A DNA stretch of 63,410 bases, filler included, from Octopus bimaculoides (taxonomy: Eukaryota): assembly GCF_001194135.2 (NCBI RefSeq). It is 5 parts of 4 records of this genome, joined end to end, with 100 filler letters (N's around TTAATTAATTAA, not from the genome) between each part and the next. Parts side by side here need not be neighbours in the genome. Positions count along the whole stretch, not along the records: positions 3,970 to 29,054 come from NC_068981.1; positions 29,155 to 45,292 come from NC_068988.1; 3 more parts are not named here. One strand, written 5' to 3'. Below are positions 28,578 to 39,527 of the stretch, piece by piece; the stretch's first letter is position 1; each line of letters starts with the position of its first letter. A program made the position numbers and the translations under genes. The notes below the pieces were generated by a model. It was not told the DNA's origin. It searched no databases and saw nothing but the letters and a program-made list of their open reading frames with translations.

Positions 28578-28720
28578 GTAGGTATTTGCTTTGCAGCCAC
28601 ATGACTCCAAGTTCAGTCCCACTGTGTGGTACAATGAGCCTGCGTTTTCTCTATCTCCAGGCCGAATAAAACATTGTGAGGAGATTTAGAAGACGAAAAC
28701 TGAAAGAAGCCCAACGTATA
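28578..28720 (+). mobile_element. SINE-A 5' half
   Basis: gccacatgactccaagttcagtcccactgtgtgg...aaactgaaagaagccc. Confidence 0.75.
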
Positions 28721-28816
28721 TATATATATATATATATGCGTGTGCGTGTGTGTGTAAATATGTGTGTGTGTATCTATCTATATATATATGTGTTTGTGTA
28801 TATATATATATATAAA

Positions 28817-29054
28817 TATATAGTTTTAGGGAAAAGGACCAAGATTCATGAACTCATCGATTAAAATCCACTGTCACATATAGAAAAATTAATAATTAAA
28901 AGTACAATAAATTAGTATAATATAATACAAAGTAAATATCATAAGATAAAGATAATATTATCTTTGTACTTTTAATTATTAATTTTTCTATATGTGACAG
29001 TGGATTTTCATCGATGAGTTCATGAACCTTGGTTCTTTTCCCAAAAACTATATA
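28817..29054. repeat. Long inverted repeat / foldback (MITE-like)
   Basis: Arms 28817-28907 and 28964-29054 (91 nt each) are reverse complements with 4 mismatches. The spacer ends in the palindrome AAAGATAATATTATCTTT, which overlaps the right arm. Flanked by (TA)n. Confidence 0.9.
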
Positions 29055-30093
29055 NNNNNNNNNNNNNNNNNNNNNNNNNNNNNNNNNNNNNNNNNNNNTT
29101 AATTAATTAANNNNNNNNNNNNNNNNNNNNNNNNNNNNNNNNNNNNNNNNNNNNATGTTTATATATATGAATATATATATAAATTTGTATATATACATAT
29201 ACATATATATAAATATACATATATATATACATATGTGTATATATATATACATATATTAAACACAATCATAGTTCAAACAAACGTATCAATTATTAAATTA
29301 TATATTTTTCCTTTGATCTCTTATTGTTGTTGTAGTTGTTGCTTGTTACAGTTTTTTAAAAAAATTTTTGATACTTTTTTATCATTATTATTATTATATA
29401 TATATATATATTTTTTTTTCCAATTTACTATATAACATTACTTCCATGTTGTCGCAGTGCACTTATTTTGGGACAGCATTCCCTGATGTGATCTGGTGGT
29501 GGTAAGTCCTTATACTGTCATTGGTTTACGAAAGGGAACAAAGACCACACACACACACACACACACACTCACACTCACGCACACACATACATACATTCAT
29601 GGACTCACCGAAAAAAAAAAAGAAAAACCAACACTCATGTGTAAAAATGCACAAAGATGCATACATGCAATGCATACATGCACACACGATTCACACTTGC
29701 ATACACACACACTTGTGCACATACATCAAGATACGTTTAATGTCAAAGAGAATATATAAATGAAAGAACAAGCCATGTTGAACAATGAAGGTGAAAAATA
29801 GCCAGCCAAGGGCCTATTAATTAGTTGTATTAATTAAAACATGTCATTAGGAATATGTCAAAACCTGAGACAATGTTTATTTGTTTGTTTCTTTGCTGTA
29901 ATTTTTGTAGTTTCTTTTTTTTTCTTTACATGAGTTTGTTTTATTTTATTTCATTTTATTTTGTCTCAATGCCTTCATTGTCACACAATCTTAAAAAAAA
30001 TACAAAAAAACTCATAATTCCTTTCAAAATTCGATGAGAATAATAGTTTTATAATTATAGTAATCAATAGTAGTAGTAGTAGCAGTAGTAGTC

Positions 30094-30129
<36 letters not shown>

Positions 30130-30187
30130 TTAATAATAATAATGATAATAATAATAATAACAACAGTAATATTGATTTTAATTTTTT

Positions 30188-30866
30188 TTGGCACAAGGCC
30201 AGCAATTCTCAGGGGAAGGGGTGTTAGTCGATTGCAATCAACCCCAGTACATCACTGGTACTTTATTTTATTGATCCTTGAAATGGCGAAAGGCAAAGTC
30301 AACCTCGGTGGAATTTGAACTCAGAACATAACGAGCCATAAGAAATGCTACTGAGCATTTTATCTGACATGTTAACGTTTCTACCATTCCACTGCCTGAA
30401 TAAAAATGGTTTCAAAATTTTAGCACAATGCCAGCAATATTTGGAGAGGGAGTAAGTCGATTACATCAATCCCCAGTATGCAGCTGGTACTTAATTTATC
30501 GACCCCGAAAGGACAAAAGGCAAAGTCGACCTCGGTGGAATTTGAACTCAGAATATATAGCTGGAAGAAATGCTGCTAAGAATTTCATCAAATGTGGTAA
30601 CAATTCTGTCAGCTTTCTGCCTTATTGATAGTTATTCTTTCTAATTTTGGCACAAGGCCAGCAATTTATTTTTCTTGTGGGGGTGGGGGTGGAGAAAGGA
30701 GGGGGCAAGTCAATTCCATGAACCCCAGTGTATGACTGGTACTTACTTTATCGACCTCGAAAGGATGAAAGGCAAAGTTGACCTTGGCGGTGTTTGAATT
30801 CAGAGCATAAAAAAAAACTGGCAGAAATGCTATGCTTCTAAGACAATTCTGCCAGCCTGTCGCCAT
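30188..30866 (-). mobile_element. Three tandem SINE-B copies (30188-30397, 30409-30623, 30637-30866)
   Basis: Each copy carries ggcacaa.gccagcaa...ctggtact...aaaggcaaagt..acct.gg.g..tttgaa.tcaga. Confidence 0.9.
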
Positions 30867-30878
30867 AATATATTGATG

Positions 30879-30920
<42 letters not shown>

Positions 30921-31036
30921 TAAAATAAGGATGACCAGAATTTTCCGCTATTGTTGTTATCAAAAAAAAAAAAAAAAAGATTGTATTCGTCATGTATATT
31001 TTAATATTTCAGAATCGTAATAAGAATAATGATAAC

Positions 31037-31078
<42 letters not shown>

Positions 31079-31230
31079 CTAGTAATAATAGTTAGTTTGT
31101 GGTAGAAAAATGCCATCTGTGGTTTTGTTTGACGGTGGCCAACTAAATAATTTTTTTAATGATTTTTTTTCTTTTTTTTTAACATTTTTAAAATTTTTTT
31201 TTTCGTAGTTGCTGAAAATAATAGTTATTA

Positions 31231-31263
<33 letters not shown>

Positions 31264-31323
31264 TGATCATGATGTCAGTTATGTAATTGTCTCACATACA
31301 GAGAGAGAGAGCAATACCAAAGT

Positions 31324-31523
31324 TCAGCTGAAGAGATAACTAGTTCCACTGCCATACGAAACGGCGAGCATCATGATTGCAAGAGCAAATGCCAGACAGT
31401 GGTGGCGAGTGGCTGTATACAAACTTCTAGCAGAAGAGTTACCATTAGGCTTGGGTGCGAACTGATTTGTGCTAGGGGTGCTGTCTATGGTGAAACCATC
31501 ACTGGCTGAGCTATCAGGATGCA
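31324..31523 (-). CDS. GPC5: Glypican last coding exon with GPI-anchor signal
   Basis: Acceptor tttttattttccttttgcAG. Phase 1 joins as G+TG = Val. Encodes (V)HPDSSASDGFTIDSTPSTNQFAPKPNGNSSARSLYTATRHHCLAFALAIMMLAVSYGSGTSYLFS-TGA: small residues (NGNSSA), a spacer, then a hydrophobic tail. Confidence 0.88.
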
Positions 31524-31689
31524 CTGCAAAAGGAAAATAAAAAGCATATTATATACACATATATATATATATATATTAAATCATCATCATCATCGTTGTC
31601 GTTGTCATCGTCATCATAATCATCATTAAGCAAAAAAACAAAGTCTTAATAAATAGAAGGCAGACAAACCACAGATCCCTTCAGGTAGA

Positions 31690-31925
31690 TGGCCCTGCTT
31701 GATCTGTAGATAAGGCATAGGTAGAAACTCCATAAGATGTACCCAGTGTAAGCTATGGACACATAATTGGTGCAACAATATCAAAGAAGGCTAATTGGGA
31801 AGATAGTTTTTGCGTGTGGCAAATGCTCAGGGGCAATAAACACTGAAAATGTGCAGGGAACAGCTTCTGTCACATTCCAGGGCGGAAAACTACAAGCGGT
31901 TGATATCTCATTGCCAATTTGCGTG
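31690..31925 (+). mobile_element. RTE-like LINE fragment in the last glypican intron
   Basis: RLIGKIVFACGKCSGAINTENVQGTASVTFQGGKLQAVD: the Cys-containing insert preceding the ..LEVVD.F.YLGD motif of RTE-type RTs. Family assignment is from recall. Confidence 0.6.
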
Positions 31926-32394
31926 ACACCGATATCCGCCATGACTGTGATTCTGATTGGCTTGATGGGTCTCCTTCTCCAGCATGACATAATGCCAAAG
32001 GTATTGATCATTGCCTCCGTGAAGCCCAACACTCAAAAGTGACTTGGCCACTTTGCCTCTATGAGGCCCAATGCTCAAGAGGAACTCAGCCACTTTGCCT
32101 CTATGAGGCCCAACGTTCAAAAAATGTTCTTTACACGTCAACACGAGTGCACTGTATATATATTCAGAAATGAAACGTAATAAAAAACATATGTATAGAT
32201 CATCATCATCATCATCAACATTTAACGTCCATTTTCCATGCTGGCATGAGTTGGACAGCTTGACAAGAACATATATATATGGAAGCACCCAATACACTTT
32301 GGCAAGGTTTCTAACATAACTGGAAGCCACTATGGTATCCACTTGTATAACATATCCCTCCAAACTCTCTCACACACACACACACACACACACA

Positions 32395-32530
32395 TATAGT
32401 TCAAATTTACAGGAAACAAAAGACGAAGACAAGTGTAGGGACAACAAGCTGGTGTATTAGTTTAAGGCTCGGGAAAAATAGAAAAGTCATTTATGGTTTG
32501 ACTATTTTGCTCTTTGACAAAAAGGAAGAG
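32395..32530 (-). mobile_element. Decayed Penelope-like terminus (paralog of 59995-60115)
   Basis: Aligns by eye with 59995-60115 (gacgaagaca..acaaca...gtattag.ttaa.gctcg.gaa...aaaagtc.tt). Confidence 0.5.
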
Positions 32531-33913
32531 GAGGAAAAAAGATGCAGAGTTCAACAGTCCAGCAGGATGAGATGACCAGAAAAAAGTGGTTAAATGAAAG
32601 GGAGGTAATAATAATAGTAATGATAATGGTGACATCCCCTCCAACGAACTAAGGTGTGCAAATGCATACGTATATTCTTTTCTACTCTAGACACAAGGCC
32701 TGAAATTTTTGAGGAGGGTGCCAGTCGATTAGATCAACTCCAGTACACAACTGGGATGAAAGGCAAAGCTGGCCCTGGCGGAATTTGAACTCAGAACGTA
32801 AAGACAGACGAAATACCGCTAAGCATTTCGTCTGGTGTGCTAACGTTTCTGCCAGCTCGCCATATGTATATGTGAGAATGGTGTGTGTGAAGGTGTACGA
32901 GTGTGAATGGGGAGGGGGCAGTATGTGAGTATATATGTGTGAGTAAGCTGAAAATTATGAGGACCAGTGTGTGCGTGTATGTGTGTAAGTAAACCAGTGT
33001 ATGGAGTATTGGGCATTCTATGTACTGGTATGTATATGTGTGTGTGTGGACGTGTGTATGCATGTGCAGATGCATGGGCCTCTGTGTATGTGTGTGTGTG
33101 TGTGCATGTGTACGAGTAACCTAGTGTATGTGTGTGTGTATGTATGGATGTGTGTATATGTGTGAGGCATGACAGGCTTCTATCACTTTGACATAGATTC
33201 TGACACTTGCATCAGAAATGTCATGATGATGATGGCTTAGATGAAGGAGGAGGAGGAGGCAAATTAAGAAGGCAGTAGAGATAATGGGTTTGTAATTAAC
33301 GATAATATAACGAAGAAAAAGAGAATGATTATGATGGCAACGACGATGATGAGATGAATATATAGCAAAGTGTGGTGATGGGGATTGGTTGGTTGGGGGG
33401 GGGAAAGAATGAGTATCATTGGTGCACTGATGATGATGATGATGATGTTGGTGATGATGATGATATCGAGGATGAAGGAAGCTGGCTAAACAAGATCAAT
33501 AAAGATGGGAGTAAAGAAATTTAGTAATATTGTAGTTGGGTGGGATGGTGATGATGATTGTGGGAAGGATAATAACAGCCTGTAATTTAAGTACAACACC
33601 AGCAATTTTGAGGGGAAGGGGAAAGTTGATATCGATCCCTCCAGTACTTGACAGGTGCCTTATCTGATGAACTCTGAAAAGATGAAAGGGAAGGGAAGGT
33701 TGGCCAGAGCAGAATTTGAAATCAGAACGTAAAGATGGACAAAATACAGCTAAGAATTTTGCCCAGCATGCTAGTGATATTCTGCCAGCTCGCTGCCTTA
33801 ATAATAATAATGGTGATGGGGATGGTGATGATGATGATAGTTGTAAAGAGGCTGATGATGATGATATAAAAGTGTATTGGGTGAAAATAACAAAGAAAAA
33901 ATAAAAGGCTTAC

Positions 33914-34061
33914 CATTTTTGGGGGTGTAACCACTGCCACTACCAGATCCAGCAAAGAAGTCCTCATCATCACGATACGTATTCATGCTGGCACCACTTC
34001 CCTGATAGATGTAGGCGTCGTTTTGCATCTGGTCATCTTCAGCAGTTCGGCTGATTAGATT
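33914..34061 (-). CDS. GPC5: Glypican penultimate exon, heparan-sulfate attachment region
   Basis: Acceptor ttttgtttttacAG and donor AATG|GTAAGC. 148 nt: NLISRTAEDDQMQNDAYIYQGSGASMNTYRDDEDFFAGSGSGSGYTPKN + 1 nt. The acidic DDED followed by GSGSGSG is the glypican GAG-attachment signature. In frame with both neighbouring exons. Confidence 0.92.
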
Positions 34062-34435
34062 CTGTAAAAACAAAACAAAAAAAAAATTGCAAATTTGGTT
34101 TTGAATATAGGCAAGAAAAAAAAAAAAAAAAAAAANNNNNNNNNNNNNNNNNNNNNNNNNNNNNNNNNNNNNNNNNNNNNNNNNNNNNNNNNNNNNNNNN
34201 NNNNNNNNNNNNNNNNNNNNNNNNNNNNNNNNNNNNNNNNNNNNNNNNNNNNNNNNNNNNNNNNNNNNNNNNNNNNNNNNNNNNNNNNNNNNNNNNNNNN
34301 NNNNNNNNNNNNNNNNNNNNNNNNNNNNNNNNNNNNNNNNNNNNNNNNNNNNNNNNNNNNNNNNNNNNNNNNNNNNNNNNNNNNNNNNNNNNNNNNNNNN
34401 NNNNNNNNNNNNNNNNNNNNNNNNNNNNNNNNNNN

Positions 34436-34519
34436 NAAGTTACGGGGACCTAAACACACCAGAATCAGTTGTCAAGTGATGTTGGGGGGACAAACACAGA
34501 CACAAACATACATATATGT

Positions 34520-34556
<37 letters not shown>

Positions 34557-34718
34557 CGACGGGCTTCTTTCAGTTTCTCTCTACCAAATCCACTCACAAG
34601 GCTTTGGTCGGCCCGAGGCTATAGTAGAAGACACTTGCCCAAGATGCCACGAAATGGGATGGAACTCAGAACCATGTGGTTTGGAAGCAAGCTACTTACC
34701 ACACAGCTACTCCTGCAC
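34436..34718 (-). mobile_element. SINE-A copy (intronic)
   Basis: aagttacggggac...ctaccaaatccactcacaaggctttggtcggcccgaggctatagtagaagacacttgcccaag. Confidence 0.9.
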
Positions 34719-34794
34719 AGAAGGATCTCATCTTACTTTGTGGTACCTTGGGAAAGTGGAATCTGATAGACAAAAGATGTGTGCAACTTCATTG

Positions 34795-34840
<46 letters not shown>

Positions 34841-35426
34841 AGTAAATTCCATTTAGTTCTCGACTACAGGCACAAAGCTTGAAATTTTGAGAGGGGGGGA
34901 TTAACTAATTACATCAACCTCAACACATGACTGGTACTTATTTTATCAACCCCGAAAGGATGAAATGTAAAGCTGACCTCAGCAGAATTTGAACTCAGAA
35001 CGTAAAACTGGATGACTTGCCAATAAGCATTTTGCTTGGTCATGTTGATGCTTCTGCCAACTTGCTAATTTGTGTGTATTCCATTTTTGGAAATTTAAAT
35101 GAATTTTTTAATCATAATTTGGAAGTCATTTACAGGATTTTACAACCAATCAGATTAAAGTAATTTTGAAGTCCAATATAAATGTATTAGAAAAAAAAAA
35201 AAAAAAAAAAGAGTCATTAATTTAATGAAAAAGTCATTAAAGCAATGATGAAGTTTGTAAGAATTTTTTTCCTCATCACCAATTCAACTCACTGATATTT
35301 CTTGACTTGTTAAACCTAATAAATTAATGTGTACTTTGCTATAAATATTTCATGCAGCAGGCGTCCCTCAGTATTTTTCACCCCTTCCTCCCTCAGCTGT
35401 CATTTTACACAGCTGAGGTAACTTCT

Positions 35427-35520
35427 CTCTAGACCAGTGTTTCTCAACCTTTTTACCCTTGCGAAACCCTTAAAATAAATTACATATCTCAAGGAACCTT
35501 TGCGCAAAAGAAATTATACA
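35427..35520 (+). mobile_element. hAT-Charlie-like element 5' end (solo)
   Basis: TIR-like CAGTGTTTCTCAACCTT at 35435, preceded by CTCTAGAC, which matches the nTCTAGAn hAT-Charlie target consensus. No partner end found. Confidence 0.6.
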
Positions 35521-35621
35521 CCATGTCTTTCTCATATTTTTTTCCTCATAGTTCACTTGGTAAATATCACATATATAGATATATATATATATACACGCAC
35601 GCACACACATATATATGTATA

Positions 35622-35780
35622 TACATCATCATCATCATCATCATCATCGTTTAACGTCCGCCTTCCATGCTAGCATGGGTTGGACGATTTGACTGAGGAC
35701 TGGTGAAACCGGATGGCAACACCAGGCTCCAATCTAATTTGGCAGAGTTTCTACAGCTGGATGCCCTTCCTAACGCCACA
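35622..35780 (-). mobile_element. (GAT)n-tailed RTE-related short element (paralogs at about 32200-32350, 42825-43050, 43070-43160)
   Basis: (CAT)n-cgtttaacgtcc..ttccatgct.gcatg.gttgga...tttctacagctgga.gccct.cctaa.gcca shared among copies. Confidence 0.75.
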
Positions 35781-35886
35781 CACACACATATATATATATA
35801 CATTTGTTGTTGGCACTCCGTTGCTTACAACGCCGAGGATTCCAGTTGATCTGATCAATGGAACAGCCTGCTCATGAAATTAACGC

Positions 35887-36056
35887 TTGACAACCGATGC
35901 TGGTGTGTTTACGTCCCTGTAACTTAGCGGTTCGGCAAAAGAGACCGATACAATAAGTACTAGGCTTACAAAGAATAAGTCCTGGGGTCGATTTGCTTGA
36001 CTAAAGGTGGTGCTCCAGCATGGCCACAGTCAAATGACTGAAACAAGTAAAAAAGA
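35887..36056 (+). mobile_element. SINE-A 3' half, antisense to glypican
   Basis: cttgacaaccgatgctggtgtgtttacgtccc...gctccagcatggccacagtcaaatgactgaaacaagtaaaaaag. Confidence 0.9.
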
Positions 36057-36264
36057 ATATACTAGGCCAAACTATGATGATAACAGAAAGAAATGGTAAA
36101 GCATTAACAACATGAAAACACCACTGTCACCTAACGTTAATAGAATCTTAGCAATAGCCATACAAAAGGTGGGAGATTTTTCTGCTGCACTCATATGCCA
36201 TACACCTACGGTATTCCAATTCTTCTGAGAATGAAAGAAATTGTGTAATTGAAAGAAATCTTAC

Positions 36265-36370
36265 CTGCTGAATGTGTAATAACTTATCTTTGAGAGACAT
36301 AATGTTTCTGTCGTTGACAAAACTGACACGGATGTTGGGACTGTGGTATTTCGAAGTTATCTGCTGATAT
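36265..36370 (-). CDS. GPC5: Glypican (GPC3/5/Dally-like), antepenultimate coding exon
   Basis: Acceptor ttttttttacttccAG and donor CAG|GTAAGA. 106 nt = 1 + 35 codons: (R)YQQITSKYHSPNIRVSFVNDRNIMSLKDKLLHIQQ. DKLLHIQQ-NL resembles GPC5 DKLKHVVQLL. The phase-2 5' boundary matches the glypican intron just after the CWNG motif. Too short to appear in the ORF track. Subfamily and symbol are tentative. Confidence 0.85.
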
Positions 36371-36802
36371 CTGGAAGTAAAAAAAAAATGTGGAAGACAT
36401 GTTTATAGAGAGATGCTGAGTGATTGGGATATTGAACAGAAACCTGTAACAATGATGACAACAACAACAACAACAACAACAACAACAGCAGCAGCAGCAT
36501 TAATGCTGAAGTTAATAACCAGAATAAGAAAATTATTGAGGAATCACTAAGAGGAACACTGTGTGTGTGTGTGTGTGTGTGTGCATGGATATCTGTGTGT
36601 ATTACACAATGTATAGATAATGATAGACTAAAGGATACTTGTGTATGTGTGTGTGTGTGTGTGTTTGGGTCCGTAGACAAAAGATGAATAAGAACAGTTT
36701 ATGCGTTATACGTAATAAACTTAACAAGATGATGATGATTTATCACAGACACAAGTAACATAACTGAAAAGAGAATGGTAAACTCAGCCTATGTGTAGAG
36801 AT

Positions 36803-36875
<73 letters not shown>

Positions 36876-37683
36876 GAGCAAGAGAAAGTGAGGACGAGGG
36901 GGAAGAGAGAGAGTGGGAACAAAATAGGGGAAAAAAAAAAAAAAAAAAAACCCCTTCACCAAAACAACAAAACTTTGCAGAACATTGATTATAGTAAAAG
37001 CTAGAGAAAGCTCTATCGAACAGAGAATGACAATTTTCTACCAAAATGCTTCAATCAGTCAAGAATGGTCTAAATAATATGGTTCTGCAAGAAATATCAT
37101 TTACCTGCTGTTTCAATCATTCAACTTAAAATCAATGAACCAAACACAGTCCAAGAGGGCAACTAATAAAATTCTTTGGCGCTAACCATTTCTCATATAT
37201 ATATATATAGGACTTAACAAGATGACTCTGTAATTATTTGGAAATGCCAATGTCTTCATTTACCATCATTAATACTGTCTTGTTTTTCAAGTGGAATCGT
37301 AAAGGAATTGAAGAGGAGGAAGGAAAAAAAAATACCATTCTGCACAAATTGATACTGTATTCTTGGATGTATGGAATCTGAGAATATGTGTAAACATTCT
37401 AATATGATGCACTTTGTTTTTTTGGTTCTTTTATTCTATTATTTGTTGTACAGTCACTGGACTGTGGCCATGCTGGGGCACGGCCTTGAAGTGTTTATTT
37501 TATTGGTCTGTTTATTATTTTTTTTTTTGCTGATATGCTAAGTTCCAAGAATGTAAACAAAATAACATCAATTTTGGTGGCGAGGACAAACACACACACA
37601 CACACACACACTCTATTTTTGTTTCAGTAGTTTGTCTGTGGCCATGCTGGGACACTGCCTTTTATATATGCAAATATATACAC

Positions 37684-37718
<35 letters not shown>

Positions 37719-38136
37719 TGTTTATACATATACNNNNNNNNNNNNNNNNNNNNNNNNNNNNNNNNNNNNNNNNNNNNNNNNNNNNNNNNNNNNNNNNNNN
37801 NNNNNNNNNNNNNNNNNNNNNNNNNNNNNNNNNNNNNNNNNNNNNNNNNNNNNNNNNNNNNNNNNNNNNNNNNNNNNNNNNNNNNNNNNNNNNNNNNNNN
37901 NNNNNNNNNNNNNNNNNNNNNNNNNNNNNNNNNNNNNNNNNNNNNNNNNNNNNNNNNNNNNNNNNNNNNNNNNNNNNNNNNNNNNNNNNNNNNNNNNNNN
38001 NNNNNNNNNNNNNNNNNNNNNNNNNNNNNNNNNNNNNNNNNNNNNNNNNNNNNNNNNNNNNNNNNNNNNNNNNNNNNNNTATATATACACATATATATAT
38101 ATATATATATACACATATATATATATATATATACAC

Positions 38137-38171
<35 letters not shown>

Positions 38172-38825
38172 TGTTTATACATATACATATATATTTATGT
38201 ATAATGAGTTTCTGCAGAGTTCCTGTTTATCAGTTCCAGACACAAAGCAATGGTCATCGTATAACTCTGCTTGTAGCCACCAGGCCAAGAATCGGCATAG
38301 CAGCACCAAACCAGAACCATATGGATGCAAAGCAAATCTTCTTAACCACAAAGCTACACCTGTAATTAGCTACCTACTAACCTATCTATATACCTACCTA
38401 CAGACCTACTTACCTATCTACATACAGGCCTACTTACCTACCTACGTGCTTGCCTATCTATCTACCTACATACCTTCGTAGTTCTCCAGGTGAGTGAGTA
38501 CTGCAAACAACAAACAAAGAATGCTGTTGCACTGAGATGTGGTATGTATTAGTAATTAAATGCCGCAGGTATGCATCTACCTAGAAACTATTTTGCTCTA
38601 GTACATTGCAGCACAGATTTAAATATAAATAAATTAATATGTATCCAAGGAAACCAACATCATGGCATTAAAGAGCAAAGAAGGTCTGAAAACCCACCCC
38701 TAATTCTGTTGTTGTTAAGGATAATACTGAAGGAATTCTTAAAGGTCAAAAGTGGCTGTAATTAAAAATTTGGGTGAGGCGACTGGCAATAGTCTTGCAG
38801 ACGGAATATTGTATTTCAGGTGTTC

Positions 38826-39187
38826 TTGTATTTGTTTCAGTCATTTGACTGCGGCCCTGCTGGAGCACCGCCTTTAGTCGAACAAATCCACCCTAGGACT
38901 TATTCTTTGTAAGCCTAGTACTTATTCTACTGGTCTCTTTTGCTGAACTGCTAAGTTACGGCGACGTTAACACACCAACATCGGTTGTCAAACGATGGTA
39001 GGGAACAAACTCAGACACACATATATATATATATATGATGGGCTTCTTTCAGTTTCCACTCACAAGGCTTTGGTCGGCCCGAGGCTATAGTAGAAGACAC
39101 TTGCCCAAGGTGCCATGCAGTGGGACTGAACCCGGAACCAAGTGGTTGGTAAGCAAACTACTTACCACACAGCCACTCCTGTGCCTA
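38826..39187 (-). mobile_element. SINE-A full-length copy
   Basis: All blocks present, from the tRNA-like head to the 3' tail. Confidence 0.92.
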
Positions 39188-39339
39188 TAGTATGGTTATG
39201 ATTAAATAATTGCGATTGTTTCTAAAACTAAAATCAGGAATAAATGAGAGTTTGTGTCATGGGATGGAGGGAGAGAATGGGATGCACATGTCCTGCTCTG
39301 GCCCTCTTCTCATATACCGACCCCTTCTTATTTCTTTAT

Positions 39340-39527
39340 TGTCCACAAGGGGCTAAACATAGAGGGGACAAACAAGGACAGACAAATTCTGAGTTCAAAT
39401 TCTGAAGAGGTTGACTTTACCTTTCGTCCTTCCAGGGTTGATAAATTAAGTACCAGTTGCATACTGGGGTTGATCTGATGACTAGCCCTTCCCCCAGAAT
39501 TTCGGGCCTTGTGCCTAGAGTAGAATA
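39340..39527 (+). mobile_element. SINE-B copy (+, 39386-39527) fused to an inverted SINE-B 3' fragment (39340-39385)
   Basis: ttctgagttcaaattc...gataaattaagtaccagttg in + orientation directly after cacaaggggctaaacatagaggggacaaacaagg. Confidence 0.75.

Larger units (their letters stand above)
32675..35066 (-). mobile_element. Intronic SINE-B copies at 32675-32862, 33581-33798 and 34852-35066
   Basis: Same diagnostic blocks (gaatttgaactcagaacgtaaa, ctgccagctcgc). The span includes intervening non-SINE sequence and an exon. Confidence 0.85.
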
